Of a stretch of DNA of 64,000 nt, positions 47,183-56,458 are shown in pieces. The translations under genes and the position numbers were made by a program. The notes below the pieces were generated by a model that saw only the letters and a program-made list of their open reading frames with translations, made no database searches and was not told the DNA's origin. Position 1 is the stretch's first letter. Each line of letters begins with the position of its first letter. This DNA comes from a virus, in the IMG/VR virus record IMGVR_UViG_3300047369_000650, positions 1 to 64,000 of that record. The stretch is one strand, 5' to 3'.

Positions 47183-49093
47183 ATGGTTGCTGGAAATGTA
47201 ATAGGAGCTTCAGGAGATTTAGTAGATGAACTTCCTATAATTACAAAATTTAAAGAACTATTTCACGATAAAGTTGTTTCGGAAATAGTTTGGTCTGGAG
47301 AAAATGGCCCTGATGTTCAGAGTGATCCTAATGTTGCAGCCGCTTTTGGTGCACCTCTTGAACTTACAGGACCAAAAGTTCTTAATTTAGGTACTAGAAG
47401 TAATGTAGAATTTATAGCTGTGGCAGGCGGCGGCGGAGGCGGTGCAGGTAGAGATAATGGCGGCCCGCATGCCGGGCCCAATGGTGAAGTATCTGGAAAA
47501 AATGGAACCAATACTAAATTTGAATTTAGGGCTGGATCAGCTGATGGAACTCTTATATCATCATATAACTTGGCTGGTGGTGAAGGCGGCACAAGTTGTA
47601 ATATTAGTTGGAGTCGAAAACCAAGACGAAAAGATTTACAAAATGCTTTAGATATTGTATCTTCAGATACAAATTATAATATTATAGGTGAAGGTGGTTT
47701 TACTGCTGAAAGAAGACGTGGAACTGATGCTACTGGCTTTGGTGCTGGTGGCGGAGGTGGAGGCGGCGATCAGCCATCACCTGCAATCAAAATAGGTTTT
47801 ATCACTATAGGTTTTGATGAATCTGGTAATGGCGGTAGCCGCGGTGTGGGTGGTGAATTTAAAGAAAAAAAAGAAGACTTTTCTGCATATGCAGGACAAA
47901 ATATATATTTGGTGATTACTCAAGTGGGCGCGGCTGGTGTAGGAGCTGATGGACAAAATGATGGGGGTAATGGTGCCCCAGGTGTTGTAATAATAAAAGA
48001 AGCAAAACCTACTTTAATACCCGAAAGCGGGCCTGTGTTTGACGAACAAGGATTAATCCAATCTTTACGGGGCGATGATCATCTCGGTTTAGGTTATAAA
48101 ATTGACGGAAATAAAATATTTGATGTATTTTTAAATGAAGCAAATAAATATACTGCTATTAGAAAATTAAAAGTTATAACTGCACGTGATGATGGTTCTG
48201 TATACAATGAAACACAGGTGGCTTATTTAGGTTCACAATTTATAACTAATATAGATATTACAACTTCAGCTTTAGTTGCAGATGAGAATAATTTAGATCC
48301 TTCTGAACTAAACGAAGACGAAAATATTATACAATATTTTAATAATTTATATTATGGTTGGACTCTTATAAGAAATGATCCTATTATAAATGGCATATTA
48401 GGGTTAGGATCAGACCCTCTACCAACATTTGATTCCAATACTGGATTATTTTCAACATCACCTACATCAGTAAAATTATATACAACAAGCCAATCTTGGA
48501 GACCAACAACTTTACAGAATGTTGCTCTTGTTACCGTAGGCGCAGGAGGTTCAGGCGGGCTCGGATCCCAAAGCTATGGTGGCGGCGGCGGCGGTGTTGC
48601 TATAAGAATACTTCAAGTTACACCTGGAGAAATCTATAATTTCAACATAGGTTCTGGAGGTGCAGCAGTAAATGGTGGAAGTAATGGTGTAAATGGTGGA
48701 AATACATCTATATCAGGAGGTGCCTTAAGTTCCACAGTGTTTGCCGGCGGCGGCCAAAGAGGTGAAGCAACAGGCGATGCCCCTACTAATGGTGGAACAT
48801 CTTCAGGTGGAGATTATAATATAGATGGTGGTAATGCCGCAGGGGCAGCCTCTGGAGAACAAACATCCGGCGGACCGGCTGGTGGTCCAGATGCTTCGAT
48901 ATCAGAAGTAAATGTTGTTCCTTCAATATTCACATCATCTTCAGATTTAACAAAACCTAATGGTGTTGCAATATGCGGAAGCGGTAAAGGCACATCCTCT
49001 TCCGGTGGTAACTTTGGTGGTGGCGGCGGAGCTGCTGCTAGTGGCTATACTGGTGCCGGATCTCAAGGTGTTATTGCAGTATTCTTTTTCTAG
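47183..49093 (+). CDS. Glycine-rich fibre/virion protein
   Basis: Two VAGGGGGG / VGAGGSGG...GGGGG domains. Confidence 0.7.
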   Translation: MVAGNVIGASGDLVDELPIITKFKELFHDKVVSEIVWSGENGPDVQSDPNVAAAFGAPLELTGPKVLNLGTRSNVEFIAVAGGGGGGAGRDNGGPHAGPNGEVSGKNGTNTKFEFRAGSADGTLISSYNLAGGEGGTSCNISWSRKPRRKDLQNALDIVSSDTNYNIIGEGGFTAERRRGTDATGFGAGGGGGGGDQPSPAIKIGFITIGFDESGNGGSRGVGGEFKEKKEDFSAYAGQNIYLVITQVGAAGVGADGQNDGGNGAPGVVIIKEAKPTLIPESGPVFDEQGLIQSLRGDDHLGLGYKIDGNKIFDVFLNEANKYTAIRKLKVITARDDGSVYNETQVAYLGSQFITNIDITTSALVADENNLDPSELNEDENIIQYFNNLYYGWTLIRNDPIINGILGLGSDPLPTFDSNTGLFSTSPTSVKLYTTSQSWRPTTLQNVALVTVGAGGSGGLGSQSYGGGGGGVAIRILQVTPGEIYNFNIGSGGAAVNGGSNGVNGGNTSISGGALSSTVFAGGGQRGEATGDAPTNGGTSSGGDYNIDGGNAAGAASGEQTSGGPAGGPDASISEVNVVPSIFTSSSDLTKPNGVAICGSGKGTSSSGGNFGGGGGAAASGYTGAGSQGVIAVFFF

Positions 49094-49107
49094 TGTCTGA
49101 TAATTTG

Positions 49108-49115
49108 TATAAATA
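49108..49115 (+). promoter_or_regulatory. Late promoter TATAAATA
   Basis: Exact consensus. Confidence 0.85.
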
Positions 49116-49147
49116 GTATTAATTAAAAATTTAGAGATGGTATAAAA

Positions 49148-50353
49148 ATGGCCAGAAAACCTACAGTTAATTTAACAGATACATTTGAGACTTGGAGACA
49201 AAAAACAAATCTCATCTCAAGTAATGTTGGAGATCCGGATAACTTGACAACTCCGGTGACTACTGATCTTGTTCAGGCTTTAAATGAAATTAATGGTAGA
49301 ACAACTCAAGCATATATTCGTAATAGCGTTTCATTAAATGCAAGTAATAATGCACTACACGCATCCATGTCATATAATGCAGCAACTGGAGTGTTTTCTT
49401 TTCAGTCTAATACAATTACAGATTCCGATATTCCTACATTAGATGCAAGTAAAACTGGTACTGGAATATTTGATGCCCAGCGTATTCCTGGATTAGATGC
49501 CTGTAAGATTATTACGGGTGTTCTTGATTCTGCTAGAATGCCAGTTGGCTATTTTGATAAAGAATTTCTAAACAATACAACAGATGATCTTCAAGAAGGT
49601 GCAACAAATCTTTATTATACAGATCAAAGAGTGCACGCTGCTGTAGGAATATATCCTAATGATAGTACACTTGATTACAATACCGGCACAGGTCAATTTA
49701 GAGTTAATGTTTCAGGATTACTTAGCCAGCTTCCCAATATACTTGATTCCGGGGAAATTGGCGCCATTGCACAAGATGAAATTGATTCTGCATACGTTGC
49801 AGCTAGGGTGCCACCTTCTGGTATAGCCTTAACTGATTTGTCTGTAACAACTGGAACTGCTTCAGGCGGAGGTTCTTTAGCATATAATAATGGAAATGGG
49901 GCATTTACATTTAGACCAGCAGATATGAGTAATGGAGGTACTAGAGTTTATAAACAGACTATTACTATAGCTGGAGGTGTTAATGGTGCATCATATCAGT
50001 GGCCAGCCAGTAGTTTTCCTAGTGGAATATCTCGTAAACCAGATGTTATTAGTACAAAATTTATTTGTGTTCAACCCGCTGGAGGGTTTTCTGTTGGAGA
50101 TGAAATATATTTACCTCCACATTTTAATGAACCTGCTGGAGATCAGCAAGGTTATAATATATCATGGGATAATAGCGCGTCTAAACTTATATCAACTTTA
50201 GGTGACGATGGATTATCTCTTATTCAAAACAGAACGGGTGGAAAATGGTTTTATGCTTATGTAACACATTGGAATGTTGTTCATAATTTAGTTTGGTATG
50301 GAACCGATGCGGATGAAGATATAGACACAATTAGTAGCATGAGCGCTCTTTAA
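49148..50353 (+). CDS. Fibre protein, N-terminally paralogous to 46025
   Basis: VNLTDTFETWRQKTN; IP.LDA.K repeats; TTDDLQEGATNLYYT. Confidence 0.75.
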   Translation: MARKPTVNLTDTFETWRQKTNLISSNVGDPDNLTTPVTTDLVQALNEINGRTTQAYIRNSVSLNASNNALHASMSYNAATGVFSFQSNTITDSDIPTLDASKTGTGIFDAQRIPGLDACKIITGVLDSARMPVGYFDKEFLNNTTDDLQEGATNLYYTDQRVHAAVGIYPNDSTLDYNTGTGQFRVNVSGLLSQLPNILDSGEIGAIAQDEIDSAYVAARVPPSGIALTDLSVTTGTASGGGSLAYNNGNGAFTFRPADMSNGGTRVYKQTITIAGGVNGASYQWPASSFPSGISRKPDVISTKFICVQPAGGFSVGDEIYLPPHFNEPAGDQQGYNISWDNSASKLISTLGDDGLSLIQNRTGGKWFYAYVTHWNVVHNLVWYGTDADEDIDTISSMSAL

Positions 50354-50365
50354 GGAAGAAAAGCA

Positions 50366-51394
50366 ATGGTAAGAATATTAGATTTAACCGCAATACAACA
50401 AGCTGATATAGATTCAAATGACCATCTTGTTATTTCTAATATCGGTGGGTCACCGATGGCTTCTTCAAGAGTTAGGGTAGAAGACTTTGTTCAATATACT
50501 CTTGCCGGCGGCTCTTTAGGTTTTGCTACAAAATCCGAAGTTGATAGTGCAATTGATGCTAATAATACCTTACATTTTCCTTTTACTATAAATGCTGGCT
50601 TGGGTCTTGATAGTTTATCAAATGGAATTTTAGATAGTGCCAATGATACAATTACAATTAATCATACCGCTAGTTCTGCCACATCAATTACTAGTGCTGG
50701 TACGTCAAATATTATTCGTAATATTACCTTAGATGGTGCTGGACATATTTTATCTATAGATGAATCAAATGGTGGTACTATATTCTTAGAGTCTGCTGGC
50801 GTGTTTGCAGGCACAGGTTTATCTGGTGGTGGTCAAATTACTCCAGGTAGCGGACCTGTTTATATTTCTCATCCAACTGCCGGTGGCTTATCTAATTCAA
50901 CAAATACAGGCACTAATGTTCTACAGAGTATTACATTTGATACATATGGTCACGGTGCATCAGTAACACCAGTTGATTTAACAACTGTTATTGATTCTTC
51001 TTATGTCTCAGCAAGAGTCCCTGATTTTGTAAGTGCTACTTCAGGTGATTCAATGGTTGGGGACTATTACATTACTGGCGAATTATTTGTATCTGGTAAT
51101 ATTACAGGTTTTGCAAACTTCTCGGATATAACATTAAAAGAAAATCTTGAAATTATTAATAATCCAGTAGATAAAGTAATGAATCTTAATGGCTATACTT
51201 TTAACTATATTGGTAGTGATATTCGTATGCCAGGTTTAGTTGCTCAAGAAGTTGAAGAAGTTTTACCAGAAGCGGTATATGAAACACCTCAAGGTAAAAA
51301 AGCACTACACTATGCAAACATGGTAGGACTACTCGTAGAAGCCGTAAAAGAGCTGAAAGCTGAGGTAGAAGAACTGAAAACAAAGATAGGGTAA
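50366..51394 (+). CDS. Fibre protein with C-terminal Peptidase_S74 chaperone
   Basis: SDITLKENL...GYTFNY...GLVAQEVEEVLPEAV...YANMVGLLVEAVKEL. Confidence 0.85.
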   Translation: MVRILDLTAIQQADIDSNDHLVISNIGGSPMASSRVRVEDFVQYTLAGGSLGFATKSEVDSAIDANNTLHFPFTINAGLGLDSLSNGILDSANDTITINHTASSATSITSAGTSNIIRNITLDGAGHILSIDESNGGTIFLESAGVFAGTGLSGGGQITPGSGPVYISHPTAGGLSNSTNTGTNVLQSITFDTYGHGASVTPVDLTTVIDSSYVSARVPDFVSATSGDSMVGDYYITGELFVSGNITGFANFSDITLKENLEIINNPVDKVMNLNGYTFNYIGSDIRMPGLVAQEVEEVLPEAVYETPQGKKALHYANMVGLLVEAVKELKAEVEELKTKIG

Positions 51395-51395
51395 C

Positions 51396-52733
51396 ATGCC
51401 AGATTACAGTCTCTTCCCAGCAACAAAAGGAAATCAGTTTTCATTCGATGATTTTAGAACTGCATTAGATGTGGGTAATAATCAGCCTATTTCTTTTGCT
51501 GATTTATATCCTGGTGGAGTGTATATACCAGATGATAATAATTTCTTTACTTTTTTATTATCGGTTCCAGATACTGGTGAAGTTGCTATAAATGATTTTC
51601 AGAAAAACGGTACTTCATTAGCAGATTTTACCATTAGCACACCTGATGCTAATAATCATGTTGAAGATCAGACAACTAGAAATCTTGCAACAATATCATT
51701 AAATAATGGAACATTTACCGAAGGTCAAAGAATATATTATGAATTAGAACCGTCAACTGGAGTTGCTGATCCAGATTTTACTGGTGATGACGTGACATTC
51801 ATGACTGGAAGAATAGGAACTACTTTATCCGGCATTGCTACTCCAACTCCAGGTACTAATAGTATAACACTTTCCGCTGCATTTAAAACAGATACGACAA
51901 CGGAAGGTAATATTGTATTAAGATTAAAAATTCCTGGTTTAGATAATAGCACTCCTGTAGGAACTAATGACTGGACACCTACAGTTGTTTCGCCTCTAAC
52001 TGATACTAGTACAAATTTTATTAATCTTGATTTTGCAGACACAACAGTTCTATCTAGTAATTCTAGTATCACGGAAATAAATGGGTGGACAATTCAAAAA
52101 CAGAATTTAAGACTTGGCAATAACCAAAACGGACCATATGGGCTTTGGAGCGGTTCCGGTATTACTTTTCACAATGCTGGCGTGAATAGTACAATTGCTG
52201 CACCAGTTGATCCTACACCATTCCCCACTGGTTCATTCGGGAACAGCAACGGTGATAAATTTGGATTTACGGGAACACCAACACTCGACTATGAATTTAA
52301 AGACCCTACCGATCTTGTGCATAATGGCAATACACAATTAGGCTACTCGTGCATAAGACTATATAGCTCTGGCAGTAGTGCCGGCGGTGATGTTGCACAC
52401 GGACCTCTAATTAAAGGAAAGGTATGGCTTCCTCTTACGACAAGTGATTCAGTTAGGTTTAAGTGGAGAGCCGTTGGTGGAGGTGACGCTTATGATATAT
52501 TTGCATGGCTGCAAGAATGGTATGATCCGAATAATCCAAGTTCATTCAGGCAGCAAATTATTTTAAATCAAACTCAAGGTTCCGCAAGTGGAGACAGTGG
52601 TTGGCAAACCGTTACTGCTCAAGTTGCTTATAGTGGTTTATATACGTTTGCATTTATGTCTGGAACATTTGATTATACTGGTGGTACAGCTTTAGGGGCA
52701 AATTTATATATTACAGATATTGAAGTTATTTAA
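51396..52733 (+). CDS. Virion structural protein of unknown function
   Basis: Beta-rich Thr/Gly/Ser composition in fibre cluster. Confidence 0.6.
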   Translation: MPDYSLFPATKGNQFSFDDFRTALDVGNNQPISFADLYPGGVYIPDDNNFFTFLLSVPDTGEVAINDFQKNGTSLADFTISTPDANNHVEDQTTRNLATISLNNGTFTEGQRIYYELEPSTGVADPDFTGDDVTFMTGRIGTTLSGIATPTPGTNSITLSAAFKTDTTTEGNIVLRLKIPGLDNSTPVGTNDWTPTVVSPLTDTSTNFINLDFADTTVLSSNSSITEINGWTIQKQNLRLGNNQNGPYGLWSGSGITFHNAGVNSTIAAPVDPTPFPTGSFGNSNGDKFGFTGTPTLDYEFKDPTDLVHNGNTQLGYSCIRLYSSGSSAGGDVAHGPLIKGKVWLPLTTSDSVRFKWRAVGGGDAYDIFAWLQEWYDPNNPSSFRQQIILNQTQGSASGDSGWQTVTAQVAYSGLYTFAFMSGTFDYTGGTALGANLYITDIEVI

Positions 52734-52745
52734 TAGGAAAAGAAA

Positions 52746-53132
52746 ATGGCACAGTACGAAGATATAACAATTGATAAAGGATCCGATGTAACTATTCGTC
52801 TGGATTTATATAATACTGATGGGTCTCCTAAACAAATGAATACGCAAGACGAAAATGCTAATTTTGTACCTCTTTATAATATAAATGCAAAGATGAAAAA
52901 AACTTATAATACAAAAGATTCTGATGCTACAGCGTTCTTTGCAACAACTGTTGATCCAGATAATTTAGATTATGTAATTCATCTATCTTTAACAAATACT
53001 CAGACTGATGCACTTAAGCCTGGTAGATATGTTTATGATGTAGAAATTTCAAGATTTGATTCAGCTGAAGGTGCTACAATAGTAGAAAGAATATTGGAAG
53101 GTAATATACAAGTTACCCCATCAGTAACGTAG
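52746..53132 (+). CDS. BppU-like / fibre adaptor protein
   Basis: ITIDKGSD, LSLTNTQT.ALKPGRYVYDVEI, RILEGNIQVTPSVT. Confidence 0.65.
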   Translation: MAQYEDITIDKGSDVTIRLDLYNTDGSPKQMNTQDENANFVPLYNINAKMKKTYNTKDSDATAFFATTVDPDNLDYVIHLSLTNTQTDALKPGRYVYDVEISRFDSAEGATIVERILEGNIQVTPSVT

Positions 53133-53142
53133 AGGTGTAAAA

Positions 53143-53388
53143 ATGTCTGGTATAAAACTAGTATCAAACCGAACAATTATAAAAAAGATTACTGTAGGAA
53201 CTCCGATTTTTACAACCAAGCGTGTTCAACTTCGTGCTAGTTTAGGTGATATTACTGATGTGGATGTTTCAGAAACAGATACAGATGATCCTAATCTTTT
53301 AGGTTTAGCAAATGGGCATGTTTTAGTTTTTAATTCTATTACAGAAAAATATGAAAGTCAAGAACTAGATGGAGGGGATACCTTCTAA
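53143..53388 (+). CDS. Small fibre-associated protein
   Basis: LGDITDVD...NGHVLVFN...LDGGDTF. Confidence 0.6.
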   Translation: MSGIKLVSNRTIIKKITVGTPIFTTKRVQLRASLGDITDVDVSETDTDDPNLLGLANGHVLVFNSITEKYESQELDGGDTF

Positions 53389-53394
53389 AAAGTA

Positions 53395-53402
53395 TATAAA
53401 TA
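53395..53402 (+). promoter_or_regulatory. Late promoter TATAAATA
   Basis: Exact consensus. Confidence 0.85.
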
Positions 53403-53437
53403 CTATTAATTCAGAATTTATCAAGGTTTGATCTAGT

Positions 53438-56400
53438 ATGGCAACTTTCAGCACCATTAGAATAAAAAGATCTGCTACACAGGCAGCGCCAAGTACACTT
53501 AAAACCGGCGAATTAGCATATTCTTCATTAGACTCTTCAAGAGCACTTTTTATTGGTGTTGGCAATCCTATTGATTCATCAGGAACTGCTCCACGCATTG
53601 CAAAAATAGGTGGTGAGTATTTAACAGCACTTCAGCCAGATTCTACTGGTGTTAATCAATCTTTAAGATTCTTAATAGCAGGTGATAGTCGTGATCTTGA
53701 TTATCTAAGACTTAATAATGAATTTATAGTTCCTACTGGTACTACTGCTGAAAGACCAGCTGATGTAACTGGGTCAATTAGATTTAATACTCAAGATACC
53801 ACATTTGAAGGATATGATGGTAATGTATGGAGTGGTCTTGGCGGAGTAAAAGATGTTGATCAAGATACATATATTATTGCAGAACTAACTCCGGGTAGTG
53901 ATGAAGATACATTACAATTCTATACTGCTGGAGAAAAAAGATTTTCAATTACAGACTCTGGGCAATTAGTTGCTGCTTCTGGATATTCTCCAGATAGCTC
54001 TCAGTCTCTTGTTACAAAAATTTATACTGATAACGTAAAAGCTGGTACTCCATTAGATGGTGCTTGGGATGATGGTGCATACAAATTCTTTAACGATGAT
54101 GATAGAGTAACCGATGTTCTTGATGGATTAAATGAAGCAATTAACAATGTAAGAAATAATGCCTTTTGTAGAGACCTTACTTTTGTTGCTTCTCCAACTG
54201 CAGCTGGTGCAGGATTTACCGCAACAATGACAGTAACAAATGATGGTACACCAAATAGATATGATATTGATTGGGGTGACGGCACTATTGATTCAGCAGT
54301 AACTGCAACAAATCCAACTCATCAATATATAGATCCTTTATCAAGCCCTGCTACAGTTACTGTAAGAGCATGGCATACAGATGGTGTTGGAACCGGTAGT
54401 GAAGCAACAAGAACAAATACAGATTATATTACAATATACACTCCAGATCCTGATGCACAGTTTACTCTTCATAGGCAAGAACCAGCAAACTCCTTTGCAT
54501 TAACAGGAAATGATTTATATGCTATTGAGGGTCAAGATTTATGGTTAAATAATTTAACGACAAATACAAACGTATCTGATAAAAATGGACCAGCAACAGT
54601 TGCTTATACTATGGATTGGGGTGATGGATCAGCCATAGAAAATATCACTGATAATTCTGGTGCTGGTGGCGCATTAGGATCAAGATTATCACATACGTGG
54701 CCCGCGGGCAGTGCTACAGGTACCGGTAAAGATACCTTGACATTTTCCTTAGTAACTCATACTACAGCAGATCCTACTTTAATACCAGAAACCGCAACCA
54801 CTCAATTAAAAGTTTATGATCCAAATATTGCCGCACCTCAAGGCTTAAATACAAAGACTATTTCATTTACAGGTAGTGTTGGAGATAGCCCTAGACTTGC
54901 AGTAGGATTTACAGACAATAGTTCGGGTGGCGGTCCAGTAGCAGGTCAAAGTGTTGATCGTGTAACACAGTCTTCAGGCAATGTTGCAACAACTATAACA
55001 TCTTCAGGCATTGCTCACAGCGGAAATTCTGGAGTATTAACTTCTGTGATTAATAATTCTATTGATGGTTCTGTTACCTTTACTACCGATAATCAAAACG
55101 GAACATATAATAGTTTAGTTGTATCGGATAATGTTGATTATAATTTATTTAATGCCGCAGGACAACCCACATCATTTAATACTAGCATCTACCATCCAGA
55201 ACTATATCAAGGATTTAAAGCAAAAATTACTAAAAATGCCACATTGTTACCTACTGGTTTAAATAGTTATGTTATTACTCACTCTCAGACTGGTTCAACC
55301 AATGAATTATTTTTTGCTAAAGACGATAATACAAATACTCCTACATTAACAGGCGGCACTCTTACTGAAAATGCAGCTGGAACATATAAGTACATAAGTG
55401 GCATTCCGCATTATACAACTGGTTCATCTTTAAATTTATCCGGATTAAATATAGCAGACTTTATTGGTCAAACTTATCAACAAACAAATAGCCCCTTTCA
55501 GGTTTCTTCTGGAACTACAGTTTTTGGAAGTGGTAATGCTATTAGTGACCAATATTATAGATATGATCAAATAGATGGAACATCATCATTTTTATCTTCA
55601 GGAACTCCTACTATTAATGTTGGCACTTCATCACCATATGCACTGGGTAGTGTTTCCGTTTCTATAACAAGCGGAAGTTCAACTCGTTCTATGCAAAAGA
55701 TTAAAGCCAGATCAAGAAATCCAAACGGGTGGGGTTCTTATAGAGAAATGCCAGAAAATATTTTAGTTCATACTGCATCACAACAAGGGATTAGTGAAAT
55801 AGCAATTAATGTGGATAATAATTTAGGATTTGGATTTGATGACGACGGCATTCGCATTTTTGACTTCAGTTCTGAAGTTATAAATACTCCTAGTTATACA
55901 AGTTCAACTAATTTTTATACTAATAATGTTTATAGTGAATCAGCTGATCCAGGAGTCCAAGGTACACAAGAAGCCACTTTAAGTTTTGGTGTTATACAAC
56001 ACGATTTAACTGATTATAGTGGTGGTTATTTACCTGCAGGACCTAACAGATCTGGAGATACTGGAACACAATATTTTACATTTGCGTTTAGAAGAACGGT
56101 TGTGCCAAACTTTAATATTAATATAACCAGTACAACAGGAGTTGAAGGTATTTTTATAGCAGCACCAGGAACAGCAATAGATAATTATAGCACATTAAAC
56201 GGTTGGTTAGATTGTTCTATCCAAGCAAATGATGGTGGTGTGCCTGGAGCAAATTTAGGAGCTGGCGGTAACGGAAGCAACGGTTGTGCTAAAACTGGTA
56301 GTGATAGAATAATTGCAAATACCGCTTTAAGCGGATCTTACTTAATGACACTCGGTGAAGAAAATTTAACAAATGCTACAGGGAATGTAGGATTAGTTAG

Positions 56401-56449
56401 AATTGCATTATCTGCTAATCAAAAAATAACATCTTTGAGTATTTCATAA
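53438..56449 (+). CDS. Fibre/adhesin with Mtd-like N-terminus and two PKD domains
   Basis: IRIKRS..AAPSTLKTGELAYS; PTGTTAERP...RFNT...FEGYDG; YDIDWGDG, YTMDWGDG. Confidence 0.75.
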   Translation: MATFSTIRIKRSATQAAPSTLKTGELAYSSLDSSRALFIGVGNPIDSSGTAPRIAKIGGEYLTALQPDSTGVNQSLRFLIAGDSRDLDYLRLNNEFIVPTGTTAERPADVTGSIRFNTQDTTFEGYDGNVWSGLGGVKDVDQDTYIIAELTPGSDEDTLQFYTAGEKRFSITDSGQLVAASGYSPDSSQSLVTKIYTDNVKAGTPLDGAWDDGAYKFFNDDDRVTDVLDGLNEAINNVRNNAFCRDLTFVASPTAAGAGFTATMTVTNDGTPNRYDIDWGDGTIDSAVTATNPTHQYIDPLSSPATVTVRAWHTDGVGTGSEATRTNTDYITIYTPDPDAQFTLHRQEPANSFALTGNDLYAIEGQDLWLNNLTTNTNVSDKNGPATVAYTMDWGDGSAIENITDNSGAGGALGSRLSHTWPAGSATGTGKDTLTFSLVTHTTADPTLIPETATTQLKVYDPNIAAPQGLNTKTISFTGSVGDSPRLAVGFTDNSSGGGPVAGQSVDRVTQSSGNVATTITSSGIAHSGNSGVLTSVINNSIDGSVTFTTDNQNGTYNSLVVSDNVDYNLFNAAGQPTSFNTSIYHPELYQGFKAKITKNATLLPTGLNSYVITHSQTGSTNELFFAKDDNTNTPTLTGGTLTENAAGTYKYISGIPHYTTGSSLNLSGLNIADFIGQTYQQTNSPFQVSSGTTVFGSGNAISDQYYRYDQIDGTSSFLSSGTPTINVGTSSPYALGSVSVSITSGSSTRSMQKIKARSRNPNGWGSYREMPENILVHTASQQGISEIAINVDNNLGFGFDDDGIRIFDFSSEVINTPSYTSSTNFYTNNVYSESADPGVQGTQEATLSFGVIQHDLTDYSGGYLPAGPNRSGDTGTQYFTFAFRRTVVPNFNINITSTTGVEGIFIAAPGTAIDNYSTLNGWLDCSIQANDGGVPGANLGAGGNGSNGCAKTGSDRIIANTALSGSYLMTLGEENLTNATGNVGLVRIALSANQKITSLSIS

Positions 56450-56458
56450 GGATCGAAT

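Noticed and set aside
47420-49040. GGC/GGT runs as tandem DNA repeats or contingency loci
   Set aside because: They encode poly-Gly with mixed codons, typical of glycine-rich fibre domains
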